A program made the translations under genes and the position numbers. A DNA stretch of 64,000 nt from positions 44,828,001-44,892,000 of the forward strand of contig CM052817.1 of the NCBI GenBank assembly GCA_028534125.1. The letters run 5' to 3'. Each line of letters starts with the position of its first letter. Positions within the stretch are counted from its first letter, which is position 1. This document shows positions 39,082 through 50,937 of the stretch, piece by piece. The notes under the pieces are model-generated. The model did no database searches. It was not told the DNA's origin and saw nothing but the letters and a program-made list of their open reading frames with translations. The DNA is from Lama glama (taxonomy: Eukaryota).

Positions 39082-39270
39082 ACGGCCATGGAATGGGCCC
39101 GGCTCCCACTCCTCCGCGAGGTCATCGAAGCCTTGTTGAAGGCCTATCAGCAGAAGCTCTTTGTGACACGCACGGTCCATGAATTGCTCTGGGGCTACAA
39201 AGATGAGATCTTATCCCTCATCAACGTTTTCAAACCCGATATCTCTCCCTATTTTGGCCTGTTCTATGGG
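39082..39270 (+). CDS. SCARB2: SCARB2 exon 4 (189 nt): TAMEWARLPLLREVIEALLKAYQQKLFVTRTVHELLWGYKDEILSLINVFKPDISPYFGLFYG (apical helical bundle, ligand-binding region)
   Basis: ctccacAG acceptor; GGG|GTAAGT donor; ELLWGY motif; inside ORF 39016..39279. Confidence 0.98.
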
Positions 39271-42200
39271 GTAAGTTGATTTTTCTTTTCAGAGATTCTT
39301 TGTTCAGCTGAGGTGGGGGGAACCCCAAGCCAGATTTTAGTTTCACTTTGAGTTTCTTCTAGGAAAAGACCAAAATTGCCTGTAATTCTAGACATCTGGT
39401 AGAGTACGTGAAAAATAAGAAAGTATTTTAGTAAGGGGGAAAACCTTCTCCCACAATTTCAACATGCTACCAGCACTGACTTTGATTGAGTGTAGCTATG
39501 AAAAAATACAGACTGGCTGTGTCATTACTCGGGTGCAGTGTTTCAAAGTATCATAAATTTCAGTGGTCAATGCCAAGTCTTATTTTGATGACTATGGATC
39601 AGCCGGGCAGAGGCAAATAAGAAACTAAACAGGGATGTGGTAGTCTATTATGGATGGGAGCTAAATATTAGATTTGAGACATCTCATACTGAAAGAGGCT
39701 GGATAATTTGAAACTCTGTGCATCCCTCATGTATGATTTCTTATAAGTGGAATTTTGTATCATTCCTGGCAGATTTTATTTACTTTGGTTTGAAACCAAA
39801 AATATCAGCATTCAGGTAATTATTCAAAATATATGTTATTGCTGCCTGAATATCACATGAATTTAAAAGTAATTAAAAAAAACTATACCCCCCCAAAAAA
39901 AACTTGAGTAAAATGAATAATTGGTAGTTTGGTAAATGACAAACTTAAACTCAGAAAGAGAGGATACATTCAGGGCAGGATATGGAATTGTGATGTGTTT
40001 CCTCATCTTTATATTAGTTGTTATTCTCTGGCTCTAACTACTCAAGAATCTCACCCTCACCACATAAGCTCTTAGCATTTCAGTTCCTAAATGGCAAATG
40101 GTGATAATACTGCCCCTGTACCTTCAAGAATATACAAAACTTAGAAACCATCCAAACAAAATGGTAAACAACTTTTAATATTATCTTCACAAGAGGTGCA
40201 AAGACTTAGCATCAGAGGGCCTAGATTTGTGTTCTGACTTTTTCATTTAATAGCTATGTGACTTTTCTAAACCTCACTTTCATTTGTCACTTGAGACTTA
40301 AAATATCCACACTTCAAACGCTGTTTTGAACGACTAAGAAAGTCCACAAATGTACTTTGCAAACTATAAATTGTTACACACATTCCAGGAACCATTATTC
40401 GTTTTCCCCTCCATAAATGGCTCAAAAAATGACCCTGAATTAATGTGAATGGTATGTGTTTCCATTTTGTAGTCCAATAAACTCTCTGTAGTGTTGTTGG
40501 CAAAAGGCAAAGGTGTTTTTGGTTTGGTTTTTCATGTGCTCTGGCCAAATCCTAACTCTAGCCCGCAGCCCAGAAGTTCACACTTATCCTATTATTCACT
40601 CAAACTGGGACAGGCTGTGGGGTTTTGCGCCTTCACTGGCATCACCTGCTGTGCACCTGCCTGAGCCCTGCCTCTAATCTTTCCTTAATCCTAGTGGCAT
40701 TCTGCCACATTCCCCTCTGATTCCGTGTGTTCCTGTTCCACCTGCTCCACTGCACGTTGTGATGAAAAAAGAAAACCTTAGTTAATGCCATCAAACACTT
40801 TTCTTCAAAGACTTTAATGATGAAACAGCCAAACAATTAATGGGGCGGGACAGGATGTGAGAGTGACTAGGATGAGGTAATACAGACAGTGTGTTGTCAC
40901 AGAGCTCCTGGGAAAAAGGGACCTGGTTGAGTATCAGATGCTGCTATTCGCATGTTGGAAAGTCAGTCAACATTTCTGTACCTGTTGATTTTAGGGGCCC
41001 TCTATTCCACTTGGCATAAGAGAGTTCAAGCCCCTCCCAGTGAGTGTGGTTCTCGGATGTATATAGTTATAGTGGCTGTGAAGTATCTTTGAGGGGTCAG
41101 CCAGTGCAGCCCGTCCTGCTGGGAGAATGGATTATGCTTGTCTTATGCTAGTGGTGTGACTGCTGTAGTCTTATTCTCAGGACATTTCTCAACCTCTTGC
41201 AGTAATATATTCCTTATTTCCAACCCTACTGCAAGAACACGAAACCTATTTATTCCTACTTGTCTGCAAATAACAAAAGTTCTAATAGTAACAGGGACGC
41301 ATTCACATTCAGAGTCTGACATTTGGGCTGATAACAGCTGAGGAGACCTCTTTTTGAGTTACTCTGAAATATTTAAATGCCTACCACTTAGCTTAACCCA
41401 CATCTGAGTTAAGCAGAGGACTTCAAGAAGCAACACACATGCTTTGCTGCACTTAAAGAGAAGTCCTCTCTCGTGTCTTAAAGTCACGTAAAATTTCCTA
41501 TATGGAAAACACAACGTGACCCTTACGTATGTGGACCACGTTTGATATATTGATATAGTTGGTGAAATAATGTGAAGTGACAAAAAAAAGAACCCAAGTA
41601 GGCAAAAAAATTGAAAAGAGAATTCACAGAGTATATGAATGTTTTTTAAGGCAAGTGGCTGAATGAAAAAACAAGTGCAGCCTCAATGAGTACAGAAAAG
41701 CAAAAAGAGATAAGAAGCCCTTTTTTTTGTTGATCCAATAAGCAGTGTTTAACGAAAGGCATTTGAGGAATGTAAGCTTATTCATCTTGCTCCTTCCACT
41801 GGATGACCTTGAACATATTATAATATGTATCAAAAGTTTAAAAAATGTTCATGTTCTTTTATCTGATAATTTCACTTTTAGTGGTCTATTTAGAAATTAA
41901 AAGTACAGAAAGGATTTTTAGTCGTAAAGATATTTATCCATTATTTATAGTAGGAAAAAATTCAAAAGTAAATATTCAATAATAAGGAAATGGTTAAGTA
42001 AATTATTTCCACATAATATTACAGAGTCATTAAATTAGGCCTACAAAGAACTTTTGTTAACACTGGAAATATGTTACACACATAAGAAACTATATATATA
42101 TGTGTGTGTGTATATATGTATATACACAATTGTATATGTGTATAAAAATTGTGTATAGCATATACTATATATTATATTATATATATCTTAGTTCTGTAAA

Positions 42201-42554
42201 CAAATTTTTTATAGAAAAATGACTAAAAGGAAACAGACCAAAATACTAAAAAAAAAAAAAAACATGTATTTTGCTTCTTGAAGTCTTCCACTTAACTCAG
42301 ATGTGAGCTAGGCCAAGTGGTTAAGCATTTAAATGTTTCAGAGTAACCCATGCTATTTCCTCAAAATCAAAGCTTCTTCCTCAGGTAAAGAATTTGTAAG
42401 AATGTATGGATTGTCTATCTGAGCCCTTAAGAAGTGTAACTTCAAGAGAATATACAACTGAAGAAAAACCTTTAATTGGAAATGTGATTGTATTAATACT
42501 GCTTTCTTCTGGTGCAGCTACTCATGTATACTTGGGTTCCTAACCCTAGGTTTA

Positions 42555-43612
42555 TGTTTTTAAATCTTTTTATTGAAATATAATTAACTTAACATTAAAA
42601 TTCACCATTTAAAGGTTTACAATTCAGTGGTTTTTAGTATATTCGCAAGGTTATGCAACCACCACTGCTATCTAATTCCAGGACATTTTCATCACCTCTC
42701 CCTCCCCAAAAACTACAACCTATTAGCAATCACTTCCATTCCCGCCTCCCACCAGCTCCTGGTAACCACTAATCTACTTTCTGTCTCTGTGGATTTGCCT
42801 ATTCTAGACAACCACATAAATGGAATGGATTTTATATGAACTTGTACAATATATGACTTTTGTGCCTACCTTCTTTCACTTGGCATACTGATCACAAGAT
42901 TCATCCATGTCATAGCATGTGTCAGCACTTAATTCCTCTTCATGGCTTAGTAATATTCCATTGTGTGGATATACACTTTGTTTATCCATTGTTCAGTTGA
43001 TGAATATTTGGGTTGTCTCTACTTTTTGGCTATTGTGAATAATGCTGCTATGAACATTTGTGCACAAGTTTTTGTATGAACATTGGATACATACCTTGGA
43101 GTGGAATTCTCTTGGGTATATACATAAGGGTGGAATTTTGGAGTCATATGGCAATGCTATGTTTAACTTTTTGAGAAACTGCCAAACTATTTTCCACAGC
43201 AGCTGCAACATTTTACATTCCTACCAGCAAAGTAAGAAGGCTCTGGTTTCCCCATATCTTCATCAGTGCTGGTTATTTTCCTGTTTTTTAATTGCCATCC
43301 TTGTAGGTATAAAGTTGTATCTCATTGTAGATTTTACTTGTATTGTTTGTTTTATGAGGGAGAGGTAGTTAGGTTTATTCCTTGACTTTTGCTTGGAGGA
43401 GGTACTGGGGATTGAACCCAGGACCTCTTGGGTGCTGAGCATGCGCCCTACCACTGAGCTATACCCTTCCCCCTCCTTGTGGTTTTGATTTGCGTTTTCT
43501 GATGACTAATAGTGTTGAGCATCTTTTCATGTACTTACTGGCTGTTTGTATATGTACTTGTATATTTTCTTTGGAGAAAAGTCTTTTCAGATCCTTTGTG
43601 CATTATTTAATA
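42555..43612 (-). mobile_element. L1MB-type 3' fragment (~1 kb) carrying a nested SINE
   Basis: ORF 42993..43211 LWKIVWQFLKKLNIALPYDSKIPPLCIYP is an L1 ORF2p C-terminal relic. Confidence 0.92.
43345..43472 (-). mobile_element. tRNA-derived SINE (Vic-1-like) nested in L1
   Basis: ggaggtactggggattgaacccaggacctc...ccactgagctataccc; degenerate TSD ctcattgtagattttacttg / ctccttgtggttttgatttg. Confidence 0.9.
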
Positions 43613-43761
43613 GGACTCATAGTTTTTAAAACCATAAAGTAATAATATGGTTAATATAGGATTTAGCAAAATAGCCGCTCTGTTCTCTATTTCTGGCTCA
43701 ATTGCATCTAGCCATTAGGCCCAATCAGGACAGTTTCATAAAGATTAAATGTGTTAGTTAC

Positions 43762-44139
43762 TGTATCAGTTAGGGTTCTCTAGAAAAGCAGAATCCATGG
43801 AGATCTGTGTATCTATATCAAGGGATTCGTAGTAAGAAACTGGCTTATGTGATTGTGGGGCTGGCAGGTGGCAAGTCTGAAACCCATAGGACAAGCTGCC
43901 TGGAAACACAGGCAGGATTTCTATGTTACTGTCTTGAGGAGAGTTCCTTTTCTCCAGGGAACCTCAGGTTTTGCTTTTAAAGCCTTCAGCTGATTGAATG
44001 AGCCCACATTTTCCATAGTAATCTCCTTCGCTTAAAGTAAACTGATCACATCTACAAAATACAGCAACATCTAGAGTATTGTTTAACCAGACAACTGGGT
44101 ACCATAAGCCTAGGCAAGTTAATACATGTAACCGTCATA
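43762..44139. mobile_element. MLT2 (ERVL) solo LTR with a perfect 5-bp TSD
   Basis: tgtatcagttagggttctctagaaa... to ...taaccgtcata; GTTAC at 43757-43761 and 44140-44144. Confidence 0.88.
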
Positions 44140-44172
44140 GTTACTTTAATGACTGTATTCACTTATTTTCAG

Positions 44173-44264
44173 AAAAATGGGACTAATGATGGAGACTATG
44201 TCTTTCTAACCGGAGAGGACAATTACCTTAATTTTTCCAAGATTGTGGAATGGAATGGGAAAAC
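44173..44264 (+). CDS. SCARB2: SCARB2 exon 5 (92 nt): KNGTNDGDYVFLTGEDNYLNFSKIVEWNGK(T)
   Basis: ttattttcAG acceptor; AC|GTAAGT donor; translated by hand. Confidence 0.97.
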
Positions 44265-45530
44265 GTAAGTCTAATGATTTATTGGTGTAATTATTTTTTT
44301 AATTTTTATTTAAACTGAATATCCACTTCTGCATTATTTCAGAAAAATTTTAGCACCGTCATTTTTTGGATAAAAAATCGATAAACTAAAAAATATCTAT
44401 AAATATGTAAAATACTGTAACATATAATATGTAGAATTATTTTATAAATCAGGGTTGGGACAAGGTACTCCATGAGTTAAATATGAATGATCTGTAGATT
44501 TAGCGTATCCAGTTGTGACTTACAAGCCAGTGGGGAATTTCACTCTTCCACTTAGTCGTCATTGAGTGACGCGCAGCTGCAGCACAAATCCTTCTCCAAT
44601 CATTCCTTGTTTTGGGGGGAAGAAAGAGGCTCTCTTTTTAATTTAATTTAGTGATTCTGCATTGTTCATGTATTTTTCTTTTAAGATGAAATACATTTGA
44701 GTTCAGTATTATAGCATTTCAAAATATTTTATCTTAATATTTATGACTTACAAACTGCTTCCAAAAAGGGACTGAGGCAGTTTGCAATAAAGCCACACAT
44801 AAAGCAAAATGATTTTTTTAAGTCATAGAAATTAGAAATCTTTGAGAGAAAAGGAAGCTGATTCTTCAGGGACTATGGTAAGAGGAATTCTATTCTTGAA
44901 CATTAAATTTACTTCAAAGCTTCCCAGAATACAGGCAAAAAACTAGTATGGAGTATTATTTCATAACTTTTCTGTAAAGCTAAAATTGTTTTTAAATGAA
45001 AAGTTTATTTAAATTTTTCTTTGGAGAGGGAACTACATGACTGGGTACTGGGCTGGGAGAGAAATTTACTTGTAAACAGGATATAGCTGGATTTTGTTTT
45101 AAACCTAATCTGTTATTTTCTTTCCAGTCTTTTAATGGGAGAGTTTAATCCTTTTATATACGTATTGCAATTACTGATACATTTATGATATAATAATGCA
45201 TTACTTGATATATTTAGACTTATTTCTACGTTCTTTTTCACCCTTAGCTGGCTTATGTCTATTCTACCCTTAGTTTACATTTAATAGTATTTTCCTAACA
45301 GAATCGAAAGCTATCTATTATCTCCCTTTTTTAAATAAGACAACATCTTTACCCATTTCTTTACACACACAAATCCTCCGTGTTATTCTTGTCTGCCACT
45401 TGTTTCACCTTCTTAGGAAGCCAAATATAAGTACAAAGTTCATTATTTTTATAGTAAATATTTATTATTATTTTGCCTTCTCACATCTTCCCCTTGGGTT
45501 TAGTTTTCTTCTTGCTGAAGATCCTTAGTA

Positions 45531-45730
45531 CGTTGGTTCTCAAATAGAGGCAGTTTTGCCCCCCCAGAGGACATTTGGTGATGTCTGAACACATCTTTGG
45601 TTGTCACAACTGGAGGGGGCTACTGGCATCTACAGGATGGAGACTTGGGATGCTGCTAGCTGTCCTGCAGTGTACAGCCCCCCAGAAAGAATTATCAGGC
45701 TCGAAGTGTTAACAGGTTGAGGAACCTTGC
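45531..45730. mobile_element. MER20 (hAT-Charlie) within an old L1ME-like relic (~45040-46100)
   Basis: ggttctcaa...ttttgcccccccagaggacatttgg...ttggttgtcacaactgg...gttgaggaacc. Confidence 0.85.
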
Positions 45731-47297
45731 ATTAGTAGTTCCTTCAGGAAGGATCTGTGGGTAGTGAACTTTCTTAGATTTTGCATATTTAAAAATATCT
45801 TTATTTCACTCTCAGTTTGTAACAATTTTAGTTAGGTACAGTCTAGAGTTTATCCCTATATTGAGTTTTTCTTTCAGAAATTATTTTTATTCCCAAGATT
45901 TCTTTTTCATTCTTTGGATCTCTCTACTCTTATTTCATTCTTTCTTTTTTTTTTTTTTTGAGAATTTACCATTCTTTTCTAAGGATGGTGTTCTTTCATT
46001 TGTCTCTTTGAGGATACTAAACAACATATTTATTTAAAGTATTAGCCAGATTGTTCAGTTATTTTAATTTCTTTTAAAGTGAATTCATCTCCTCATTGTT
46101 GATTTTGTTGCCTGTCTCTTAGCACAAGTTTCTTTCATTTAAAAAACAAATGTTGATTAGCAGAATTATTGCAGTCGGGAAGCCTGTCTGTTATCCATCC
46201 ATCCATCCATCCTCTCACCTTGCCCTGGGCAGCACTTTTGCAGTTGCCTCCATGTAGCCCACCCAGGAGCCCCCCCGAACAGGACACATGGTGGGCCTCT
46301 ACCTCACAATTACGCAGAGGTCATCACAGACCTAGCCAAAGAGTCAGCAGGCGACTTGACTTGGGTTCAGGTTGTGAGGCTGTGTGTGGGGCTTCCTGCC
46401 CGCCAGTGACTCGGCTTTGCTTTCTTTGCCTCTCTTAGTGAGCAGAGGATCCCTGGCCCCAGACCCTGACTTTAGGCCTACAGCTCATTAACCTAGGAGC
46501 TGGCCTTGCAGATCTGTCTCCTGGCTTCCAGACCTGCAGCCTGGTGGACCAGCAGCTTTAGCCCTACTTACCACGTGGCTTTTATCACCTTTCATTGTCT
46601 AGGGAGATTTTGTTTGAGTGTAGACCTTTTAAATGTTATCTCTCTTGTGTTTTATCAACCACTGCTGTATGTTTTCACTTGGAAGAGACCCTCAGTTCAT
46701 GAACTTAGAGTGCCACCTTGACCAGAAGTTGGAATTACTATTTATTGCCCATCCTTTACTGTCTTTTGCATTTTGTACCATTCTTCAAGGAATTAATTTT
46801 TAAAAACCCACTATCTCAACTGTGCTTTTAGTGTGTATAAAGTCGATTCAATATTAAGCTTTCTTGTGACCCAAGAGAAGTCCTCTGCTAATTTTGTAAT
46901 AGAGAGCTGTTTATGGGGGAGTTAATGCTGTCATGAACATTATCTATCTGAACATACCTGTTTAGAGCTTGTCTGTCAACAAGGCTATTGTGAATGCCAA
47001 ATTAGATCACTGCTTTAAGCAAATGGATATTCTTAAACCTCTGTGTAAGATACTCTTATTTTTGAGGAAGGAAAGAGGGATTTTTGGCTGTTGCCTCTGT
47101 CAGAATTGATTTGGGGTCAGGGGCCTGCTTTTCCCCTCTTGATCCCATCCCCAACCAGTATCACCCCATGTGTCCGCATGTGAGTAAGATTCTGTGGGTA
47201 GCCAGCGCCCAGTGAAGTCTTGAAAAGTCCTGACCATTATAAAAAGCCTGAAATCCAGTGTGATCATCTAGACCCTTTCTTGTGCTCCCAACAACAG

Positions 47298-47417
47298 GTC
47301 ACTTGACTGGTGGACAGCTGACGAATGCAATATGATCAATGGAACTGATGGAGACTCTTTTCACCCATTAATCACCAAAGACGAAGTCCTTTATGTCTTC
47401 CCATCTGACTTTTGCAG
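47298..47417 (+). CDS. SCARB2: SCARB2 exon 6 (120 nt): (T)SLDWWTADECNMINGTDGDSFHPLITKDEVLYVFPSDFC(R)
   Basis: acaacAG acceptor; CAG|GTAAGA donor; CD36-family CNMINGTDG motif. Confidence 0.98.
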
Positions 47418-47539
47418 GTAAGAACTTGAAAAATTAGTTCTTTGACTGCAAGACCACTAAAGCTGCGAGGAATGTGTGTAGCTGTACTTACTTGATGAGG
47501 ATATGTATGCGTAATCGGTGATCAGTGATCTTGGCTCAT

Positions 47540-47802
47540 TGAGAGACAGCACAGTGTAGTGTGGTGGTTCACTCCAGAGCCTGGCTGTGCTGGTTTGAAT
47601 ACCAGCTTCACCACTTACAGCTGTGTGACCTTGGGAGAGTTATATAACCACTCTGTGCCTCACTTTCCTCATTTGTAAAATAAAGATAGAAATAGTTGCC
47701 TACCTTGGAAGTGTTTTAAAGATAAATGAGTTACTTTAGTAACATACTTAACCCAGGGCTTGTCACATGGTAAATATTAAATGCTGGCTCTTAGTTATTA
47801 TA
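47540..47802 (+). mobile_element. MIR SINE
   Basis: ctgtgtgaccttgggagagttatataaccactctgtgcctcactttcctcatttgtaaaat. Confidence 0.85.
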
Positions 47803-48388
47803 ATATGCTCTGTCAAGCGTGAAATTTGATCTGGTCTTCTTCCAGTCAACAGGTAATCGCTACATAAGAGATAAAGAAATCACATCGTTGTCCACATTTC
47901 AGAGTTGATAAGTCTGCTGAGCTCTGACCTTCCCACTGATGATATATCTTGTGCCTGCCCTGCAGTCTCTCCCTCTCTCCTGCCTGCTCCTTCTCTGCAG
48001 ACGAGTGTCATTCAGTCCCTTCCGTGGGAAGAAGGGTCCTGCCCTGCACCTTGATGCCCAACTCCCCGTCACCACTGCACCTTCTCCCGCCCTTCAGCCT
48101 CAAACTGCTCCAATGAGGGGCTGGCTCACGCAGCCTCCCTGTCCTCTCCTGCTCGCTCCTGCAAGGCTGTTTATGAAACTTCTCCTCAGTCAGAAGTAAC
48201 TTCATTGCCTTTGACGCTGTAGAGTCAGCATTCTCAAGAACGGCTGTTCTTCTGGACTTTCATATCTCACACAGTTGCAACACCACCCAGTCAGCCTTGC
48301 CAGAGTCATTGGCAACACCATAAACCTTGCTCCTCTCTTGCATTAAGTCAGCCACCGAGTGGTATCATCCTCCTCAGAAATAGCACTT

Positions 48389-48475
48389 TAAAAAAAAAAT
48401 TAAATTACTGGGGATCCAACCCAGGACCTCATGCATGCTAAGCACACACTCTGCCACTGAGCTCTACCCTCCCCC
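48389..48475 (-). mobile_element. tRNA-derived SINE (Vic-1-like), short form
   Basis: TSD cagaaatagcactt (48375-48388) / cagaaacagccctt (48476-48489). Confidence 0.88.
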
Positions 48476-48856
48476 CAGAAACAGCCCTTCTTTCACTCCC
48501 CTCTGCATCCCTGCTCTTTGTACCGTGGTGCAGCTGCTCTCCTCAGTCAGTATTTGTGGCAGGACTGAAGGCAGAGGAAATTTGCTTGAGTGCAGTGAAT
48601 GAGACAAGGACACCTAGGAGGGCAAGAGGGGACTTACTGAAAATTTGACACAGAGGAGACTCATTCTTACCCCGGTACCACCACTTCTGAAGAGCCACTT
48701 GGCAATGCTTAGCAAAGCCAAAGCCGTGTAAACCCTATGATTCCACACTTCTCTCCTACCTAGGTTCCCTGGCCTGAAGAACTCTGTGTATATATGAAGG
48801 AGACTTATACAGAAATGGTCATTGCAACGTTGATTGTGGTTTGGAAAAATTGGAAG

Positions 48857-49495
48857 TGTCCTTGGAAACAATCAGTAAACAATCTACAATAGGAATGGAA
48901 AAGAGTTTTATTTAAGCCCACTGAGAGTTATAGCCTGGGAGACACAGATTCAGTAAGCACTTGAATTGTGTTTTGCTGGACTGCAAGATGAGGGAAGCTA
49001 CTAAAAGCAAAAAACTTCAAAGTTACAGTTAGTTATATGAGTTTTTTTATCAAAAATTATAATTGGAGCCGGCGAGAAGTAAGGGTGCTTGTTAAGCCAG
49101 GATTGGTTGGCATCTGAAATGGTTGCAGAGTTACAAGGGGCGACCTTGAGACCATGCGGCTGCAGCTGGCAGCTGCCAGCAGATGCTGTTTTGAGAACAG
49201 CTGGTGGTGTCCTTGAGTCTGATACAGTTCAGGAAGTTTAAGTTTTCAGTGATACAGGAACATGTCTAAAACCACATCCACAGTGGCCACCTGGCTCCAT
49301 CCTAAATGGCTGAACCACAGTTGCTCCATTTTGATTGTTAAAGGCGTTCTTTTCTTTAATGGTTAAAGCAGATGTATGGTATATGTTTGATAGGCCAAAA
49401 GACAGGCCATTCTAGTTAGCATAAAGTTTAACTTAAATCATATATAAGCCGTAATGACTTCCCCATTTCTCAATATATGAAAATTTCTTACATCA
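48857..49495 (-). mobile_element. ERV1-type solo LTR (639 bp) inserted into an old L1M relic (~48670-49930)
   Basis: TG...CA termini; perfect 4-bp TSD GAAG (48853-48856, 49496-49499); AATAAA on the - strand near 48907-48912; removing it restores L1-like aaaattggaagcaat. Confidence 0.85.
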
Positions 49496-50767
49496 GAAGC
49501 AATATAAGTACCTGAAAGAAGGAGAATATAAGTAACGGTGTATTCATATGCTAAAATATCATATAGGAAATAAAATGTAAGAACCAGAGCCATGCACATT
49601 AATATAATAAATCTTAAAAATATAATGTTGAATGAAGGAGTAAATTACAGAAAGAGAATGTCGTATACTGTTTGTATAACATTTAAAAATAGCAAGTAGT
49701 GCCACATGTTGTTTATGACCATGCACATAGGTAATGCTATAAAGGCCTACGTGGAATTGATAAACCCAAATTCAGGACAGCAGTTACCTCTAGGGACCAG
49801 AGAAGGACTAGAATCAGGAGTGCTGCACAGAGAGCTTCAGTTGTATCCATAAATACATGTTTTATTTATCTGAGTGGTATTTGTTATAAAAGATATTACA
49901 TTTTCTCTGTTTTCCTGTTTGCCCAAGAATTTTCATTGAAAAATGCTGTAGGGGTGGGATGTGCAGTGAAAGGCAACTCCCGTGTAAGTCACAACGCAGC
50001 AAGAGACAGGTCCCACCTCTGGTTCAGAGATGAAAAAGTGAGGCCCCCAAAGCAACTCCCCTCAGCCTTCAGATGCCTTCAGAGGCGGGGCTGGGGGGTC
50101 AGTTAAGACAGTGATGTGAACGTGCTTGGCGGTCACTCAGGTGCTGTGCAGGTGTAAGGGTACTTGACACTGTCTGAAACTGTGACCGCTGAAGGCAGAA
50201 TGATGTTGGACTCCACTGAAATAAGTGACTTGGGCAGATATGGAAACTATTTTTATTTAGTGGAAATGGGTATCAAAGTATATCTTTTAGTCAAGCATCT
50301 GTCTACTGCGGCACTTTTCCAGGCCTTCAGAACCTGCCAGGCCACACCGTTCTCTGCCTCTTCTGCTTCTGCTTTGCCTCACCCCTGGCTTCCCTTCCTT
50401 TGCTTCTGCTTTGTCCACACTGGCATGTGTCCCTGCTGGTCTAGACCACTCATTTCTTTCTGCTTGAGTCTCCATTCAAACTGACATCTTCTTGATTTTT
50501 GATCACACATTATGTTTTTTCTTGGCCTTGTTGGGGTGTCAGCATAGTTACTGCCTCTTAAACATCTTTCATTACAGTCCATCTCTTACTTTATTGGGCA
50601 CCGAGGGGATTGAGCTTCTCTCAAGCTTTCTTTTGCCTCTTCATTTTCTATTCATCCTGTAAGCTCTTAGCCATGTTATACCCAAGAACAGTTGGCTACC
50701 TTTACTGATTCCGGCAGATCACACCGACTAGTACCCACATTGGCTTTTTGTTCTTACTTCCTAACAG

Positions 50768-50937
50768 GTCAGTGCATATAATTTTCAGTGACTATGAGCG
50801 CGTACAGGGACTTCCTGCCTTGCGGTATAAGGTGCCTGCAGAAATATTAGCCAATACCTCAGACAATGCTGGCTTCTGTATCCCTAAAGGAAACTGCCTG
50901 GGCTCAGGAGTTTTGAATGTCAGCGTCTGCAAGAATG
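50768..50937 (+). CDS. SCARB2: SCARB2 exon 7 (170 nt): (R)SVHIIFSDYERVQGLPALRYKVPAEILANTSDNAGFCIPKGNCLGSGVLNVSVCKN(G)
   Basis: cttcctaacAG acceptor; ATG|GTAAGA donor; inside ORF 50748..51122; conserved cysteines. Confidence 0.98.
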
